64,000 nucleotides of DNA, from positions 147,953 to 211,952 of the forward strand of contig CAWDLW010000023.1 of NCBI GenBank assembly GCA_963803145.1. The letters are read 5' to 3'. This document shows, one piece after another, positions 30,270 through 40,776 of the stretch. Position 1 is the stretch's first letter. Each line of letters starts with the position of its first letter. Both the position numbers and the translations under genes were made by a program. The stretch comes from Methanotrichaceae archaeon (GTDB lineage: Archaea; Halobacteriota; Methanosarcinia; Methanotrichales; Methanotrichaceae). A model generated the notes under the pieces. That model made no database searches. It saw nothing but the letters and a program-made list of their open reading frames with translations, and was not told the DNA's origin.

Positions 30270-30839
30270 TTACCTTATCGCAAAAGCCTCCAGTGCCTCG
30301 GTTAAAACCGCTAGATCGTCTTCAAGCTTCTCTTTGAGGACCGCCATCGATGATGCATCACCAAGAACCTTTGTCAAGCCCTTTGAAATAGCCGCGAAAC
30401 CGAATGCGACTATAGCCGCCTCAGGTGTAAGCACAACCTCATCGGTATTCTCCCATCCAAATCGTGGACCTTCCGATAGTTCACCATATCGGTGAGTTCT
30501 CACCAGCAGACCGTTCTCGTAGAGAATCAGCCTGTATTCGCTGAAAAAGCCCAGACCATCATCAAGCTGTACTCTCTCCTCTTTTGTTAAAATGACAATC
30601 TCACGGTGGTAATACAGCTCGCAGTCTTCGCTCAGCAGGGGCACCAGAGGCATGATCTTCTCAAGGATCGCTTTGAGGATTGAGGCTTCTTTTTCTAGGG
30701 TTTGCTTTTTCAGATCGGTGATCTTGGAGGCGAGGGGCTGAAGTTCGGCTAGTATTGTGCTCAGTTCCGATAATGTACCTCCAGTCACTAAATCGGTCGC
30801 TATCAGACCAGCGTTTTCAAAATGGTTTTGGGTGGCCAT
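30270..30839 (-). CDS. hypothetical protein
   Basis: 189-aa ORF with coiled-coil ends; GAGGCGG upstream; abuts the upstream ORF. Confidence 0.65.
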   Translation of the reverse strand: MATQNHFENAGLIATDLVTGGTLSELSTILAELQPLASKITDLKKQTLEKEASILKAILEKIMPLVPLLSEDCELYYHREIVILTKEERVQLDDGLGFFSEYRLILYENGLLVRTHRYGELSEGPRFGWENTDEVVLTPEAAIVAFGFAAISKGLTKVLGDASSMAVLKEKLEDDLAVLTEALEAFAIR

Positions 30840-31055
30840 TTAGACCGCCTCAGTTTCTGTGATTTCCTTAGAAGAACCTCGGATAGAGCCTTCCCAGCCA
30901 TCGGTGCTCACTATCGCGCCCTCGAAGGGAAATATATAATTAAAAATATGCATGGCCTTGGAGAAATCATCAGCACCCAGGCCAATGCTATTCAACTTCT
31001 CAGTCGCTTCTTGGACGTCTAAGAGCTTTCTACCAATACGAACCATACCGCACAT
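30840..31055 (-). CDS. small hypothetical protein
   Basis: 71-aa ORF ending 1 nt before the next start. Confidence 0.55.
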   Translation of the reverse strand: MCGMVRIGRKLLDVQEATEKLNSIGLGADDFSKAMHIFNYIFPFEGAIVSTDGWEGSIRGSSKEITETEAV

Positions 31056-31166
31056 TGTCGCACCCCTAGGTACTATATGTATCTATGATTATATATTGCT
31101 TTCTCTCTATCTATCTATATTACTATGAGGAAAGATTTATATCCATAAAAAGAGACGTGCATATAT

Positions 31167-31400
31167 ATGGAAACGAAAGGCGAAAAAGAGAAAATAAATC
31201 TTTCTCTGGGTAAGGATGTGGTCAGAGCATTACGAAAGTACGCGCTTGAGACTACAGGACATTCTAGGGGTACATCAGATGTCGCCGAGCAGGCGATAGT
31301 TGAATTTCTGGAAAAACATGGCGTCATAATAGGCAGCGCGAAAAACAAGGAGAGCTTAAACCCTCTGGTGGCCCAAGCCCTTAACCCCGTTTTCGCCTAG
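31167..31400 (+). CDS. ribbon-helix-helix-like DNA-binding protein
   Basis: KINLSL strand, DVVRALRKYA helix, SDVAEQAIVEFL helix; TTTATA box about 25 nt upstream. Confidence 0.65.
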   Translation: METKGEKEKINLSLGKDVVRALRKYALETTGHSRGTSDVAEQAIVEFLEKHGVIIGSAKNKESLNPLVAQALNPVFA

Positions 31401-31534
31401 ATTCGCGCCTTGTAGTCGAGAGCTACAAAGCATTAAATCCTTGTAGCTTAGGCTATTTAATTTCTTTTCTCGGATCAGTTGGGAGAAACTATGTTTCAAG
31501 GGCCTCATACTTGCTTTTTGGAGCTAATACTAGC

Positions 31535-31592
31535 GGTTTACTAGCGCGCTCAATCGCCGCGCGGGCTACCCCTAGCCCCTCTTCGGGGGAAT
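31535..31592 (-). repeat. dispersed GC-rich repeat, copy 1
   Basis: Reverse complement GGGGTAGCCCGCGCGGCGATTGAGCGCGCTAGTAAACC closely matches 62326-62365. Confidence 0.75.
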
Positions 31593-31927
31593 GTTTCAGA
31601 AAACGATAGGTCATAAGGTCGAAGAGAATATATGGACGAATTCTTCTTGCGTTGATATGAGTATAATGATTCTTTCAAAGGTTAGTTTTCTAAATTGTGA
31701 CCGAAGGATGAAAATGATCTCTAGCTATTGATAATCTAGTGCTTTCATAGCAAGAGCACAAAGGACGCAAAAGTGCTCATGAGCTGGTTGTTAACTATGA
31801 AGATAAAAATAGTTCTAGGATATGTTCGATGGAAAATTTTGATATGACACAACAGGAGCTCACAATATAATCGATAAAGACAAATGCAAGTTAGCCCTCC
31901 TATAACAGGAACCGAAGTGAAGCTGAA

Positions 31928-34861
31928 ATGCAGGAGAAGATAATTTCTTCACTGACACCTATCTTAATGATGCGTGTTGTTGCGCATGCTCTCATCTTGT
32001 TAGCTTTGCTTATGGGTTTGCTGGCTTGGATAATCGGCATACGTAGTATTGGAGACCTTCAGGAATTCATGAATGATCTCAGTGGCATCATGCTTTCCTT
32101 TATAACAATTATTATAGTGCTGCTTATCCTCTTTTTCTTATCAATATTTTTTATTAATATGTTTAAGGAAGAGGGCATAGTGATTCTGCCTTTTGAGACT
32201 AGTTCCGTTGGAGATAATAAATACAATGGTAAAGCAATCTCTGATCTGCTCACTGCTGAACTCCATAGGATTAAGCAAATTCGAAAATATAGATATGAGC
32301 AATTACATTCATCCGGACTAGAAAAGCCAACGTATCTCAATCCTGTTCCTCCAAGGTATATATTGCACAATGGAATGACTCTAAGTTCTTTTAAGCCGGT
32401 TCCTCAAACAGAAACGCTATATTATAGCACACCTCTGGATTTCCCCGAGCTAATTCCTCAAACGGAGGCTCTTAGTTACACACTAGACAAGATAAGCTCA
32501 ATCGGTGTAGGTTCAAATGCTATCTCTATCGGTCAGCTACTTATAGCTTTCAAGAGAATGTGTCCGGGATGTAATCCAGGGCGAGTCATTACTGGTAGCA
32601 TGCAGGCATACGGATCAGTAATCCGTTTAGTTGCCTGCTTAGAACATCGTGAAATTTATACTTGGGAAGTTAATCGTAAAATCAAAGAAGAGCAGGTATC
32701 CGACTTAGTCCGAGATTTAGCTTTCAAGATCGCTTATGATCTAGCAAAGGAAGAAAATCCACAAAATAATCAAGCTAATACATGGAAAGGATTCAAATAT
32801 TATACCGAATCGCTACAAAGTTACTATCAATATACGCTTACAGGGAAGAAAAAGGCTCTAGAGAGCGCTAGAAAAAACTGCATCAACGCAGGAAACTTTG
32901 AGCCTGGCTACAAAGAGCCCCTTGAACTACTTGGTATATTAGGGTTCGCATATATTAACGAAAACAAATATGATATGGCCGAGCAGTTATTTTGTAACAT
33001 AGCATCAGTCAAACCAGACATTAGCAATTTTGGCATGGGTATTCTATATCGAAAACAGAAATATTATGATAAGGCTCTAGATCGATTTGAGAAAGTTATA
33101 CAATTGTGTCCGCAAAATGTCCAGGCTTGGACTTATAAAGGCAGTATTCTAGGTAGTCTCGGCAGGCACAAAGAGTCACTCCAGGCTTCTAACAGGGCTA
33201 TTGAATTGGATTCAGACAGCTCGAATTCAATAGCTTGGGCCAATAAAGGTAGTGCTCTGTTTAATCTTGGAAGGCATGAGGAAGCGTTACAGGCCTTTAA
33301 TAAAGCCATCGAACTAGACCCAAATAATGCATTTGCTTGGGCTAATAAAGGTGCTGCCCTATCTAACCTTGGCAAGCATGAAGAATCACTACAAGTCTTT
33401 GATAAGGCTTTCGAACTTGGTTTCAATAGTGCAATTATATGGACCAACAAAGGCAGTGCTATGTCTTATCTTGGAAGGCATGAAGAAGCATTACAGGCAT
33501 TCGATAAGGCCATCAAGCTGGATTCCAAAGATGCAATTGCCTGGATTAATAGAGGTAGTGCTCTGCTTAATTTGGGCAGATATGAAGAAGCACTACAAGC
33601 TTCTGAAAAGGCTACTGAGTTAGATCCAAATAATGCAATTGCCTGGGCAAATAGAGGTGGTGTTCTGTCTAATCTTGACAGGTATGAAGAAGCACTCCAA
33701 GCCTTTGATAAGGCAACGGAACTGGATTCCAAAGATGCAATTGCCTGGGCAAGCAAAGGTATTGCTCTGTCTAAGCTTGAGAGGCATGAAGAAGCATTGC
33801 AAGCGTTCGATAGAGCTACCGAACTGAATTCCAACGATATAATTGCGTGGATCAACAAAGGCAGTGCTTTGTTTAATTTGGGCAGGTATGAGGATGCGTT
33901 AAAAGCTTCCGAAAAGGCTACTGAGCTAGACCCGAATAATGCAATTGCCTGGGCCAACAAAAGCGGTTCTTTATATGAACTGGGTAGGTTTACAGAATCG
34001 CTACTAGCCGCTGAAAAGGCAATCGAACTGGATCCAAGCGATGCTGAAGCATGGATCGGCAAAAGCGGTGCTCTACTTAATCTGGATAGGAATGAAGAGG
34101 CATTGCAAGCTTCCGAAAAGGCCGCCAGCCTTGGTCCAAATGATATAAGGGTTTGGCGCAATAAAGGGAGTGCTCTGCTTAAATTAAGCAGATATGAAGA
34201 TGCACTAAAGGCCTTTGATAGGGCTGTTGAGCTAAATATAAATGATGCCGAAGCATGGGTCAGCAAAAGTAGTGCTTTGGGAAACCTGAAGAGGTATGAA
34301 GAAGCATTTCAGGCTTCTGAAAAGGCCATTATGCTGGATCCAAATAATGCAAAGGCTTGGGGCAATAAAGGCAATGCGTTGTTTTACCTACGCAGATATG
34401 AAGAGTCCATATTGGCTTCTGAAAGGGCCATCGAACTTAATGCAAACGATGCCAATGCATGGATCAACAAAGGCAATGCTCTGTTTAATCTTGAGAGGCG
34501 TGAAGAAGCATTACAAGCATTCGATAGGGCTACCGAACTGAATTCCAACAATATGGTTGCGTGGATCAACAAAGGTAGTATTCTGCTTACCTTTGGTAGA
34601 TATGAAGAAGCACTACAAGCTTCTGAAAAGGCCGCCGAACTAGATCCAAATAATGCAATTGCCTGGACCAATAAGGGTGATGCCTTGTATAATCTTGGCA
34701 GATATGAAGAAGCATTACAGGCCCTTGATAGAGCCACCGAATTGGACCCAAAAAATGCAAAGGCCTGGGAAAATAAAGGCTTTATTCTTAAATATCTTGG
34801 CCGTTATGTCGAAGCAAATGTAGCTTCCGCACAAGCCTGGGCATTGGGGTATATTAACTAG
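31928..34861 (+). CDS. membrane-anchored tetratricopeptide repeat protein
   Basis: Two N-terminal TM helices; 17 consecutive 34-aa TPRs (AWxNKG...GRYEEAL..F/S.KA.ELDP). Confidence 0.9.
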   Translation: MQEKIISSLTPILMMRVVAHALILLALLMGLLAWIIGIRSIGDLQEFMNDLSGIMLSFITIIIVLLILFFLSIFFINMFKEEGIVILPFETSSVGDNKYNGKAISDLLTAELHRIKQIRKYRYEQLHSSGLEKPTYLNPVPPRYILHNGMTLSSFKPVPQTETLYYSTPLDFPELIPQTEALSYTLDKISSIGVGSNAISIGQLLIAFKRMCPGCNPGRVITGSMQAYGSVIRLVACLEHREIYTWEVNRKIKEEQVSDLVRDLAFKIAYDLAKEENPQNNQANTWKGFKYYTESLQSYYQYTLTGKKKALESARKNCINAGNFEPGYKEPLELLGILGFAYINENKYDMAEQLFCNIASVKPDISNFGMGILYRKQKYYDKALDRFEKVIQLCPQNVQAWTYKGSILGSLGRHKESLQASNRAIELDSDSSNSIAWANKGSALFNLGRHEEALQAFNKAIELDPNNAFAWANKGAALSNLGKHEESLQVFDKAFELGFNSAIIWTNKGSAMSYLGRHEEALQAFDKAIKLDSKDAIAWINRGSALLNLGRYEEALQASEKATELDPNNAIAWANRGGVLSNLDRYEEALQAFDKATELDSKDAIAWASKGIALSKLERHEEALQAFDRATELNSNDIIAWINKGSALFNLGRYEDALKASEKATELDPNNAIAWANKSGSLYELGRFTESLLAAEKAIELDPSDAEAWIGKSGALLNLDRNEEALQASEKAASLGPNDIRVWRNKGSALLKLSRYEDALKAFDRAVELNINDAEAWVSKSSALGNLKRYEEAFQASEKAIMLDPNNAKAWGNKGNALFYLRRYEESILASERAIELNANDANAWINKGNALFNLERREEALQAFDRATELNSNNMVAWINKGSILLTFGRYEEALQASEKAAELDPNNAIAWTNKGDALYNLGRYEEALQALDRATELDPKNAKAWENKGFILKYLGRYVEANVASAQAWALGYIN

Positions 34862-34997
34862 CCGTATCATTTTCGAGCCTATCCACATAGCTCCCGAGAA
34901 CGTTTTGTTGTGCAATCTGAATCAATCTCAAAGGCAGCTTACAAAATGGCAGATTAGAGAAGCATTTAATAGCCGATCAAACCCATTAAAGGGTGAT

Positions 34998-36224
34998 ATG
35001 ATGCCTAACGAATGCCTTCAGCCGGATATGGACTATCTTTTGAATGTGCTAAAAGATCTCGTGGGTTTTCAAACAGTAGCCCCTCCTGGAAACCTCTACC
35101 CCGAGATCGTGGATTATCTAATACCGATCTTCAACGGCATGGGCTTCAAGACCCATAGGATAGAGATACCCGAGGATGTCTTCCAGGCCAAATGCTCAGA
35201 CAGAATGCTTGTAGGAGAGAGAATTAACTTAATGGCAAATTTGGATGTAGGCGCTAAAGAGACCTTAGTAATCTACACCCATCTGGATGTTGTTCCAACC
35301 CATGGCGATTGGTCAACAAACCCATTTGAGCTCGTGAAAAAGAACGGCAGGGTTTACGGCCGAGGAGTTTCAGATTCTAAGGGAGCGGTAGCTGCACTTA
35401 TTGCAGCACTTCAGGCTCTGCTGAAGGATCGGAAGCCAAAGTATAACCTGAGAATTCTATTGACTACAGATGAGGAGGTCGGAGGCTACTCAGGTTTGTG
35501 CTATTTCACAGACATTGGACTCGTAAAGGGAGACTACATGCTCTGCATGGACGGCTTTTCCGATGATATCGTCATAGGAAGCAATGGCGTAATAAACTGG
35601 GAGATTGAGGTGTACGGAAAATCATCTCACAGCGGCTCAAGCTTCCTCGGCATAAACGCCGTAGAGAACTCCCTTCCGGTCATGGAGTCGCTCATGGCAC
35701 TAAAGAAGGAAGTGCAGTCCAAACGATCGCTGCTGCCTGCGAGCTCAGCCCTGGCCTCTATGGGTATAAAAAACCTCATGCCCATTCTAAACATCACCGT
35801 CATCGAGGGAGGAATCAAGGAAAATATAGTCCCTGATATTTGCACTATTCGAGGCGATAGAAGGGTGATACCTGAAGAGGAGATGAAAGATGCCATGGCA
35901 GAGATCGAGAGGGCAGTGAAGATCGAAGGCATTGATCTGAATTTGAGATTCTTCCCAGGATATCCTCCCATGAGCGTAAACCCCGATCACCATTGGGTAA
36001 CAGAAGTCCGGGAGGCAGTCCGGAGAGGGATGGGCTTTCTGCCTAATCTATCGGGAGCACAGGGAAGCCTGGATCAGGCATATGCTACTGATATGACAAA
36101 TATTCCCACATGCGTCTACGGAGTCGGCCGGCAGCTGGAGAGCAATATCCATGGCACTAATGAGAACGCGAGGTTTTCGGATCTTGAGGGCTTTGCTAGG
36201 TCTATATTAGAGCTGATTCAGTGA
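34998..36224 (+). CDS. M20 family ArgE/DapE-like deacylase
   Basis: HLDVVP, GRGVSDSKG, DEEVGG, HS, IHG.NE; start ATG 34998 after GGGTGA (ORF track extends to 34905). Confidence 0.88.
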   Translation: MMPNECLQPDMDYLLNVLKDLVGFQTVAPPGNLYPEIVDYLIPIFNGMGFKTHRIEIPEDVFQAKCSDRMLVGERINLMANLDVGAKETLVIYTHLDVVPTHGDWSTNPFELVKKNGRVYGRGVSDSKGAVAALIAALQALLKDRKPKYNLRILLTTDEEVGGYSGLCYFTDIGLVKGDYMLCMDGFSDDIVIGSNGVINWEIEVYGKSSHSGSSFLGINAVENSLPVMESLMALKKEVQSKRSLLPASSALASMGIKNLMPILNITVIEGGIKENIVPDICTIRGDRRVIPEEEMKDAMAEIERAVKIEGIDLNLRFFPGYPPMSVNPDHHWVTEVREAVRRGMGFLPNLSGAQGSLDQAYATDMTNIPTCVYGVGRQLESNIHGTNENARFSDLEGFARSILELIQ

Positions 36225-36673
36225 AGGTGATAGCGGTTGTCGGAACAAAAAAGACTGGAAAGACAACGCTCGTAAGCGCTCTAATAAAATCGCTCGTCAA
36301 ATACGGCAAGGTGGGCACAATAAAAAACATGGCAGGCCACCCGGTTGATCATGGCGACACAAAACGCCATTTTGATGCCGGGGCTGAAGAGGTCATCGGC
36401 CTTGGGGAGAACCAGCTGAAAGTTACAAGGGGGGGATGCCTTGAATCTGCCCTGGCTGAGCTTCAGAAGGACGGAATGGATTTTGTCATAGTTGAAGGAT
36501 TCAAGAGCAGCAGCCTTCCCAAAATTGTACTCGGAGATATCGATGTGTCCAACATGCTCCAGAGGGTAGCTCTATCAGATTTGAATGATGCCCTGATCGA
36601 TAATCTGACAGAGATTATCCTTGTTCTGAATGATTACGAGATCGAACCGGACTGCCTTGAAACTACCTATTGA
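36221..36673 (+). CDS. mobB: molybdopterin-guanine dinucleotide biosynthesis protein B
   Basis: VVGTKKTGKTT, DT.RH..AGA, VEGFK. Confidence 0.8.
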   Translation: MKVIAVVGTKKTGKTTLVSALIKSLVKYGKVGTIKNMAGHPVDHGDTKRHFDAGAEEVIGLGENQLKVTRGGCLESALAELQKDGMDFVIVEGFKSSSLPKIVLGDIDVSNMLQRVALSDLNDALIDNLTEIILVLNDYEIEPDCLETTY

Positions 36674-36884
36674 TTCTATCCTTTCGACTTTTGCCGAAGA
36701 TATACGCGCCAAGATAATCATGGCTAGCTTATCAATGTGAAGTAGAAACGGATTGAATGCAATTATAATGTGAATCTAAATGCCATTCTTCTCAGATTCA
36801 TGCTCTTTTTTAGGACTTATTGATAATTTTGGCTATTTATCGACAGATTTTTAAATAACGGTGTAGTCCTGTACGCCCGGAGAT

Positions 36885-37529
36885 GTGGGATTGAGTCGGG
36901 GGACTCTAATTGTGTTCATGCTAGCCATAGCGCTAGCTAATTCAGCTTTGGCTGCAGACCATGTCATCGATAGGACGGTGATAAAAGGCGTAGGGTACCT
37001 AAGCCATGAGCTCTTCGGCCAGACAGCCATAGGCGGAGGCCAGAGTATTGCTGAGCGCATATCGGGCTCAGGGAGCTTTTACGATAAGACCGACTTCGAG
37101 ATGGATGCAGTAGCGAACACAATAAACTACTCTCAGGATGCCGAGTTTGAGTATTTCCCGACAAGCTATCAGACAGGCACTTATGATCAGAAATGGACGG
37201 ACAAACTCACTGTGATCAACCGTGATGCAGGAGCTGCAGTCACTGAGGATTATACAAATGCCGAGCATATTGAGAAGAGCACCGATGTCATGACCAGCGG
37301 AAACGTTACGAACAACGCTTTGGAGATGCGCATCAACTCAAATGTGATAGGCGTGGCACATATCGGCGGGGTCTCGAAGGATACTAAGCAGAGCGAAAAA
37401 GGCAGATATGTGGAGATCGGCAAGAGTTCAGAGGATCTTACGGGAACGTTCTCCGTAGAGAAGTATATCGAGCTGCTGCAGAACTCAACGGATTCTGAGG
37501 CACAGGTGGATATGCTGCCCTGTGCATGA
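36885..37529 (+). CDS. secreted hypothetical protein
   Basis: Signal peptide; Thr/Ser/Asp-rich, beta-like pattern. Confidence 0.7.
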   Translation: MGLSRGTLIVFMLAIALANSALAADHVIDRTVIKGVGYLSHELFGQTAIGGGQSIAERISGSGSFYDKTDFEMDAVANTINYSQDAEFEYFPTSYQTGTYDQKWTDKLTVINRDAGAAVTEDYTNAEHIEKSTDVMTSGNVTNNALEMRINSNVIGVAHIGGVSKDTKQSEKGRYVEIGKSSEDLTGTFSVEKYIELLQNSTDSEAQVDMLPCA

Positions 37530-37885
37530 GTTAAAATATACTTGATCTAATACTGCCGAATAACCGCAACTGTAGGATTACTTATAGATAGTAGGACGCA
37601 ATTATCAGTCGTATTTAGAGCCGGGGCAGAAAATGTCCTACCCCCAAGAATAAACTTTAGAGAAGAGTGAGACAAAAATTCAGCTTCGTTGCCTTAACCT
37701 CTTCTAGCTCATGGCTGCAATCCTTTATATAACAGAATATATATATATATATTCAAAAAAATGTAGAAAAAGTTTATTAGTACGAACTGCAATTTTCGTA
37801 ATTATAAAAGACTGATACATATCGATTCGGGCGTTAATCGCCAAGAAAACTCAAAGTATTTGCTGCATTAGCGGGAAGTACACCT

Positions 37886-39607
37886 ATGACAAATACGGAC
37901 CTCCATACTGATAATGTTGTTCCTTATGTAAACCTGCTAGAAAAATCACCCACCGGCATAAAGGGCCTGGATGAGATTACAGATGGCGGTCTTCCCAAAG
38001 GCCGTCCAACACTTGTTTGCGGGAGTGCAGGCTCGGGAAAGACGCTCCTTTCAATGCAGTTTCTTGCGCAAGGAGTATTGTTGTATGACGAGCCCGGAGT
38101 ATTCGTCGCATTCGAGGAGACACCTGATGAACTTACAAAGAATTTCAGCTCACTGGGCTTCGATCTCAGGAAGCTTCAGGAGACGAATAAGATCCTCATC
38201 GATTACATCTACATCGATTCAAGCGAGATCGAGGAGACGGGCGATTACGACCTCGAAGGGCTGTTCATCCGCTTAGGAAGCGCAATCGACTCTATCGGAG
38301 CAAAACGGGTGGTCTTAGATACAATCGAGGTCCTCTTTTCAGGATTCCGTAACACTGCTATTCTGCGCTCAGAGCTGCAAAGGCTTTTCCGGTGGCTGAA
38401 GAGCAAAGGAGTCACAGCTATTGTTACTGGCGAGAAGGGTGAGAAAACTTTAACCAGGTATGGCCTTGAAGAGTATGTCGCAGATTGTGTTATAATCCTT
38501 GATAACCGTATGGATAACCAGATCGCCACCCGAAGGATGCGTATAATCAAGTATCGCGGCTCTTCGCATGGCACAAACGAATTTCCCTTCCTGATAGAAG
38601 ATGACGGCATCTCTGTTTTGCCAATAACATCCATTGGCCTCGAACATATCGCTACCACCGAGAGGATATCATCAGGCATTGAGAGGCTCGATACAATGCT
38701 TAGCGGCCAGGGATTCTTCCGGGGAAGCAGCATCCTTCTCACTGGAACGGCAGGCACAGGCAAAAGCAGCTTTGCGGCCCATTTCGTCGATGCGGCGTGC
38801 CGCCGCGGCGAGCGCTGCATCTACTTCGCCTTCGAGGAATCGCCAAGCCAGATCTGCCGCAATATGAGTTCGATCGGCATCAATCTCACCCAATGGATGG
38901 ATGCGGGTCTACTGCATATCTTCTCAGGACGGCCGATGGCACACGGCCTGGAGATGCACCTGCTGGATATGCGCAGGCTGATCGATGAAGTCCAGCCAAA
39001 TGTTGTGGTCATCGATCCAACATCGAACCTGGTGAGCGTAGGGACCTCAAACGATGTGAGGTTCATGCTTACAAGGCTGATAGATTACCTCAAGATAATG
39101 GGTATAACATCTTTTTGCACCAGCCTGATAGAGGATGAGACAACTGGGCATACAGCCGAGAGCGTCTCATCCCTGATGGATACCTGGATATGGCTGCGTA
39201 TGTTTGATAACGGAAATGAAAGAAACCGCGGAATCACGATAGTTAAATCGAGAGGCATGGAGCACTCCAACCAGACACGCGAGTACCAAATTACTGATGA
39301 AGGCGTGAAGATACTGGACGTCTACCTCGGCCCGAAGGGAGGACTGGTTATGGGAACTGAGCGCATTGCTCAGGAGTCAAAGGAGAATGCAGATGCTATT
39401 ATGAACGATCAGGAGACCCTGAAAAGAAGAAGAGCACTTGAGAACAAGCTCAACTCCCTGAAGGCTCAGATGGATATGCTCCGCCTGGAATGCGAGACCA
39501 GCGAGGATGAGCTAAGTAAGCTCCTATCGGAGGATGAGCTTCGAAGTAAGGCCATGGCGAACGGCAGAAGAGAGATAGCCAAGCTCAGAAGGGCCGATTC
39601 ATTTTAA
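37886..39607 (+). CDS. kaiC: double-domain KaiC with C-terminal coiled coil
   Basis: Two P-loops (GSAGSGKT, GTAGTGKS), FEE pairs, KYRG/KSRGMEHSNQ, VSSLMDTW phospho-site region. Confidence 0.95.
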   Translation: MTNTDLHTDNVVPYVNLLEKSPTGIKGLDEITDGGLPKGRPTLVCGSAGSGKTLLSMQFLAQGVLLYDEPGVFVAFEETPDELTKNFSSLGFDLRKLQETNKILIDYIYIDSSEIEETGDYDLEGLFIRLGSAIDSIGAKRVVLDTIEVLFSGFRNTAILRSELQRLFRWLKSKGVTAIVTGEKGEKTLTRYGLEEYVADCVIILDNRMDNQIATRRMRIIKYRGSSHGTNEFPFLIEDDGISVLPITSIGLEHIATTERISSGIERLDTMLSGQGFFRGSSILLTGTAGTGKSSFAAHFVDAACRRGERCIYFAFEESPSQICRNMSSIGINLTQWMDAGLLHIFSGRPMAHGLEMHLLDMRRLIDEVQPNVVVIDPTSNLVSVGTSNDVRFMLTRLIDYLKIMGITSFCTSLIEDETTGHTAESVSSLMDTWIWLRMFDNGNERNRGITIVKSRGMEHSNQTREYQITDEGVKILDVYLGPKGGLVMGTERIAQESKENADAIMNDQETLKRRRALENKLNSLKAQMDMLRLECETSEDELSKLLSEDELRSKAMANGRREIAKLRRADSF

Positions 39608-39635
39608 AATTGAGTGGATATAATGGAACAATCAG

Positions 39636-39962
39636 ATGAAAGCGCTGACAGTAGAAATGGAGCCTTCCGACTATCTGCAGGACGATGAGATCTATATCCT
39701 GCGGCTCTATGTGGCAGGCCAGACCAGGAAGAGCCTGGCAGCCTTCGCCAACCTCAAGAGGATATGTGAGGAGCATCTGAAGGGCAAGTACAGAATCGAG
39801 GTCGTCGATCTTCTGGAGCATCCTCAGCTCGCGAAGGGCGACCAGATTCTGGCTATTCCTACGCTTGTCCGGAGGCTTCCTCCGCCTGTCAGAAAGATCA
39901 TAGGCGATCTCTCGAACACCGAGAGAGTGCTGATAGGTCTCGACTTGCGCCCTGCGAAATAA
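39636..39962 (+). CDS. kaiB: KaiB (copy 1)
   Basis: [40 protein letters not shown]. Confidence 0.95.
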   Translation: MKALTVEMEPSDYLQDDEIYILRLYVAGQTRKSLAAFANLKRICEEHLKGKYRIEVVDLLEHPQLAKGDQILAIPTLVRRLPPPVRKIIGDLSNTERVLIGLDLRPAK

Positions 39963-39984
39963 GGGTGGTTCAAGATGATATGCA

Positions 39985-40323
39985 ATGGTTGAATCAAATA
40001 GATCAATAGAAAAGGTTGAAAAAGCCCTGAAGAGCAAAGGCACCGATGTATTTGTTTTGCATCTCTACGTAGCGAATATGAATTTCAAGTCTGTTCAGGC
40101 CATCAAGAACATCAACGATATATGTGAGGAGAACATCCCTGGGCGGTACCAGCTCGATATAATCGATATCTGCCAGCAGCCGATCCTCGCCAGAGAAAAC
40201 CAGATCATAGCGGCACCAACCCTAATTAAAGAGACTCCTCTGCCTCTTAGAAGGCTTGTAGGAAATATGTCCGATACAGAGCGTGTGCTGACAGGTCTTG
40301 GCCTGCACTCCAAAACAAACTGA
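39985..40323 (+). CDS. kaiB: KaiB-like protein (copy 2)
   Basis: FVLHLYVA, QIIAAPTLIKETPLPLRRLVGNMS. Confidence 0.9.
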   Translation: MVESNRSIEKVEKALKSKGTDVFVLHLYVANMNFKSVQAIKNINDICEENIPGRYQLDIIDICQQPILARENQIIAAPTLIKETPLPLRRLVGNMSDTERVLTGLGLHSKTN

Positions 40324-40328
40324 ATACC

Positions 40329-40721
40329 GTGGTACGAATTGGTGATGCGATGGGGAATGACGATAATAGAGAGAACGGTGATTCGATAGAGACTGATGCT
40401 TATGAAAGCTTCGAGAAAGCTCTGGAGAGAATGGGCACTGAGAAGTACGTCCTGCGTCTCTATGTTGCCGGTATGGGTCCAATGTCCATCCAGGCAATTG
40501 AGAATATCAAAAAGATCTGCGAGGAGAATATGCCTGGGCGATATCAGCTCGATATAATCGATATCTATCAGCAGCCTATCTTCGCCAGGGAAGGTCAGAT
40601 TGTAGCAGCACCAACCCTCATCAAGGAGCTTCCGCCACCCATATCGAAGCTGGTTGGGAGCATGTCTGACAAAAAGCGTGTCCTCGTTGGCTTGGATCTG
40701 CATATCGGAAAACAAGAATGA
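40329..40721 (+). CDS. kaiB: KaiB-like protein (copy 3)
   Basis: [33 protein letters not shown]; start may be ATG 40350. Confidence 0.9.
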   Translation: MVRIGDAMGNDDNRENGDSIETDAYESFEKALERMGTEKYVLRLYVAGMGPMSIQAIENIKKICEENMPGRYQLDIIDIYQQPIFAREGQIVAAPTLIKELPPPISKLVGSMSDKKRVLVGLDLHIGKQE

Positions 40722-40776
40722 TTTATATCCAGGCAGGAGATAAAACTCAAGAAACCCGTTAAGATGAGGCAGCATT

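Noticed and set aside
33110-34830. TPR nucleotide repeats as CRISPR or DGR template/variable repeats
   Set aside because: In-frame 102-bp coding repeats; differences not adenine-specific by eye; no reverse transcriptase or cas gene in the window
37737-37752. (AT)n run upstream of kaiC
   Set aside because: Short microsatellite in an AT-rich promoter region; no evidence of function
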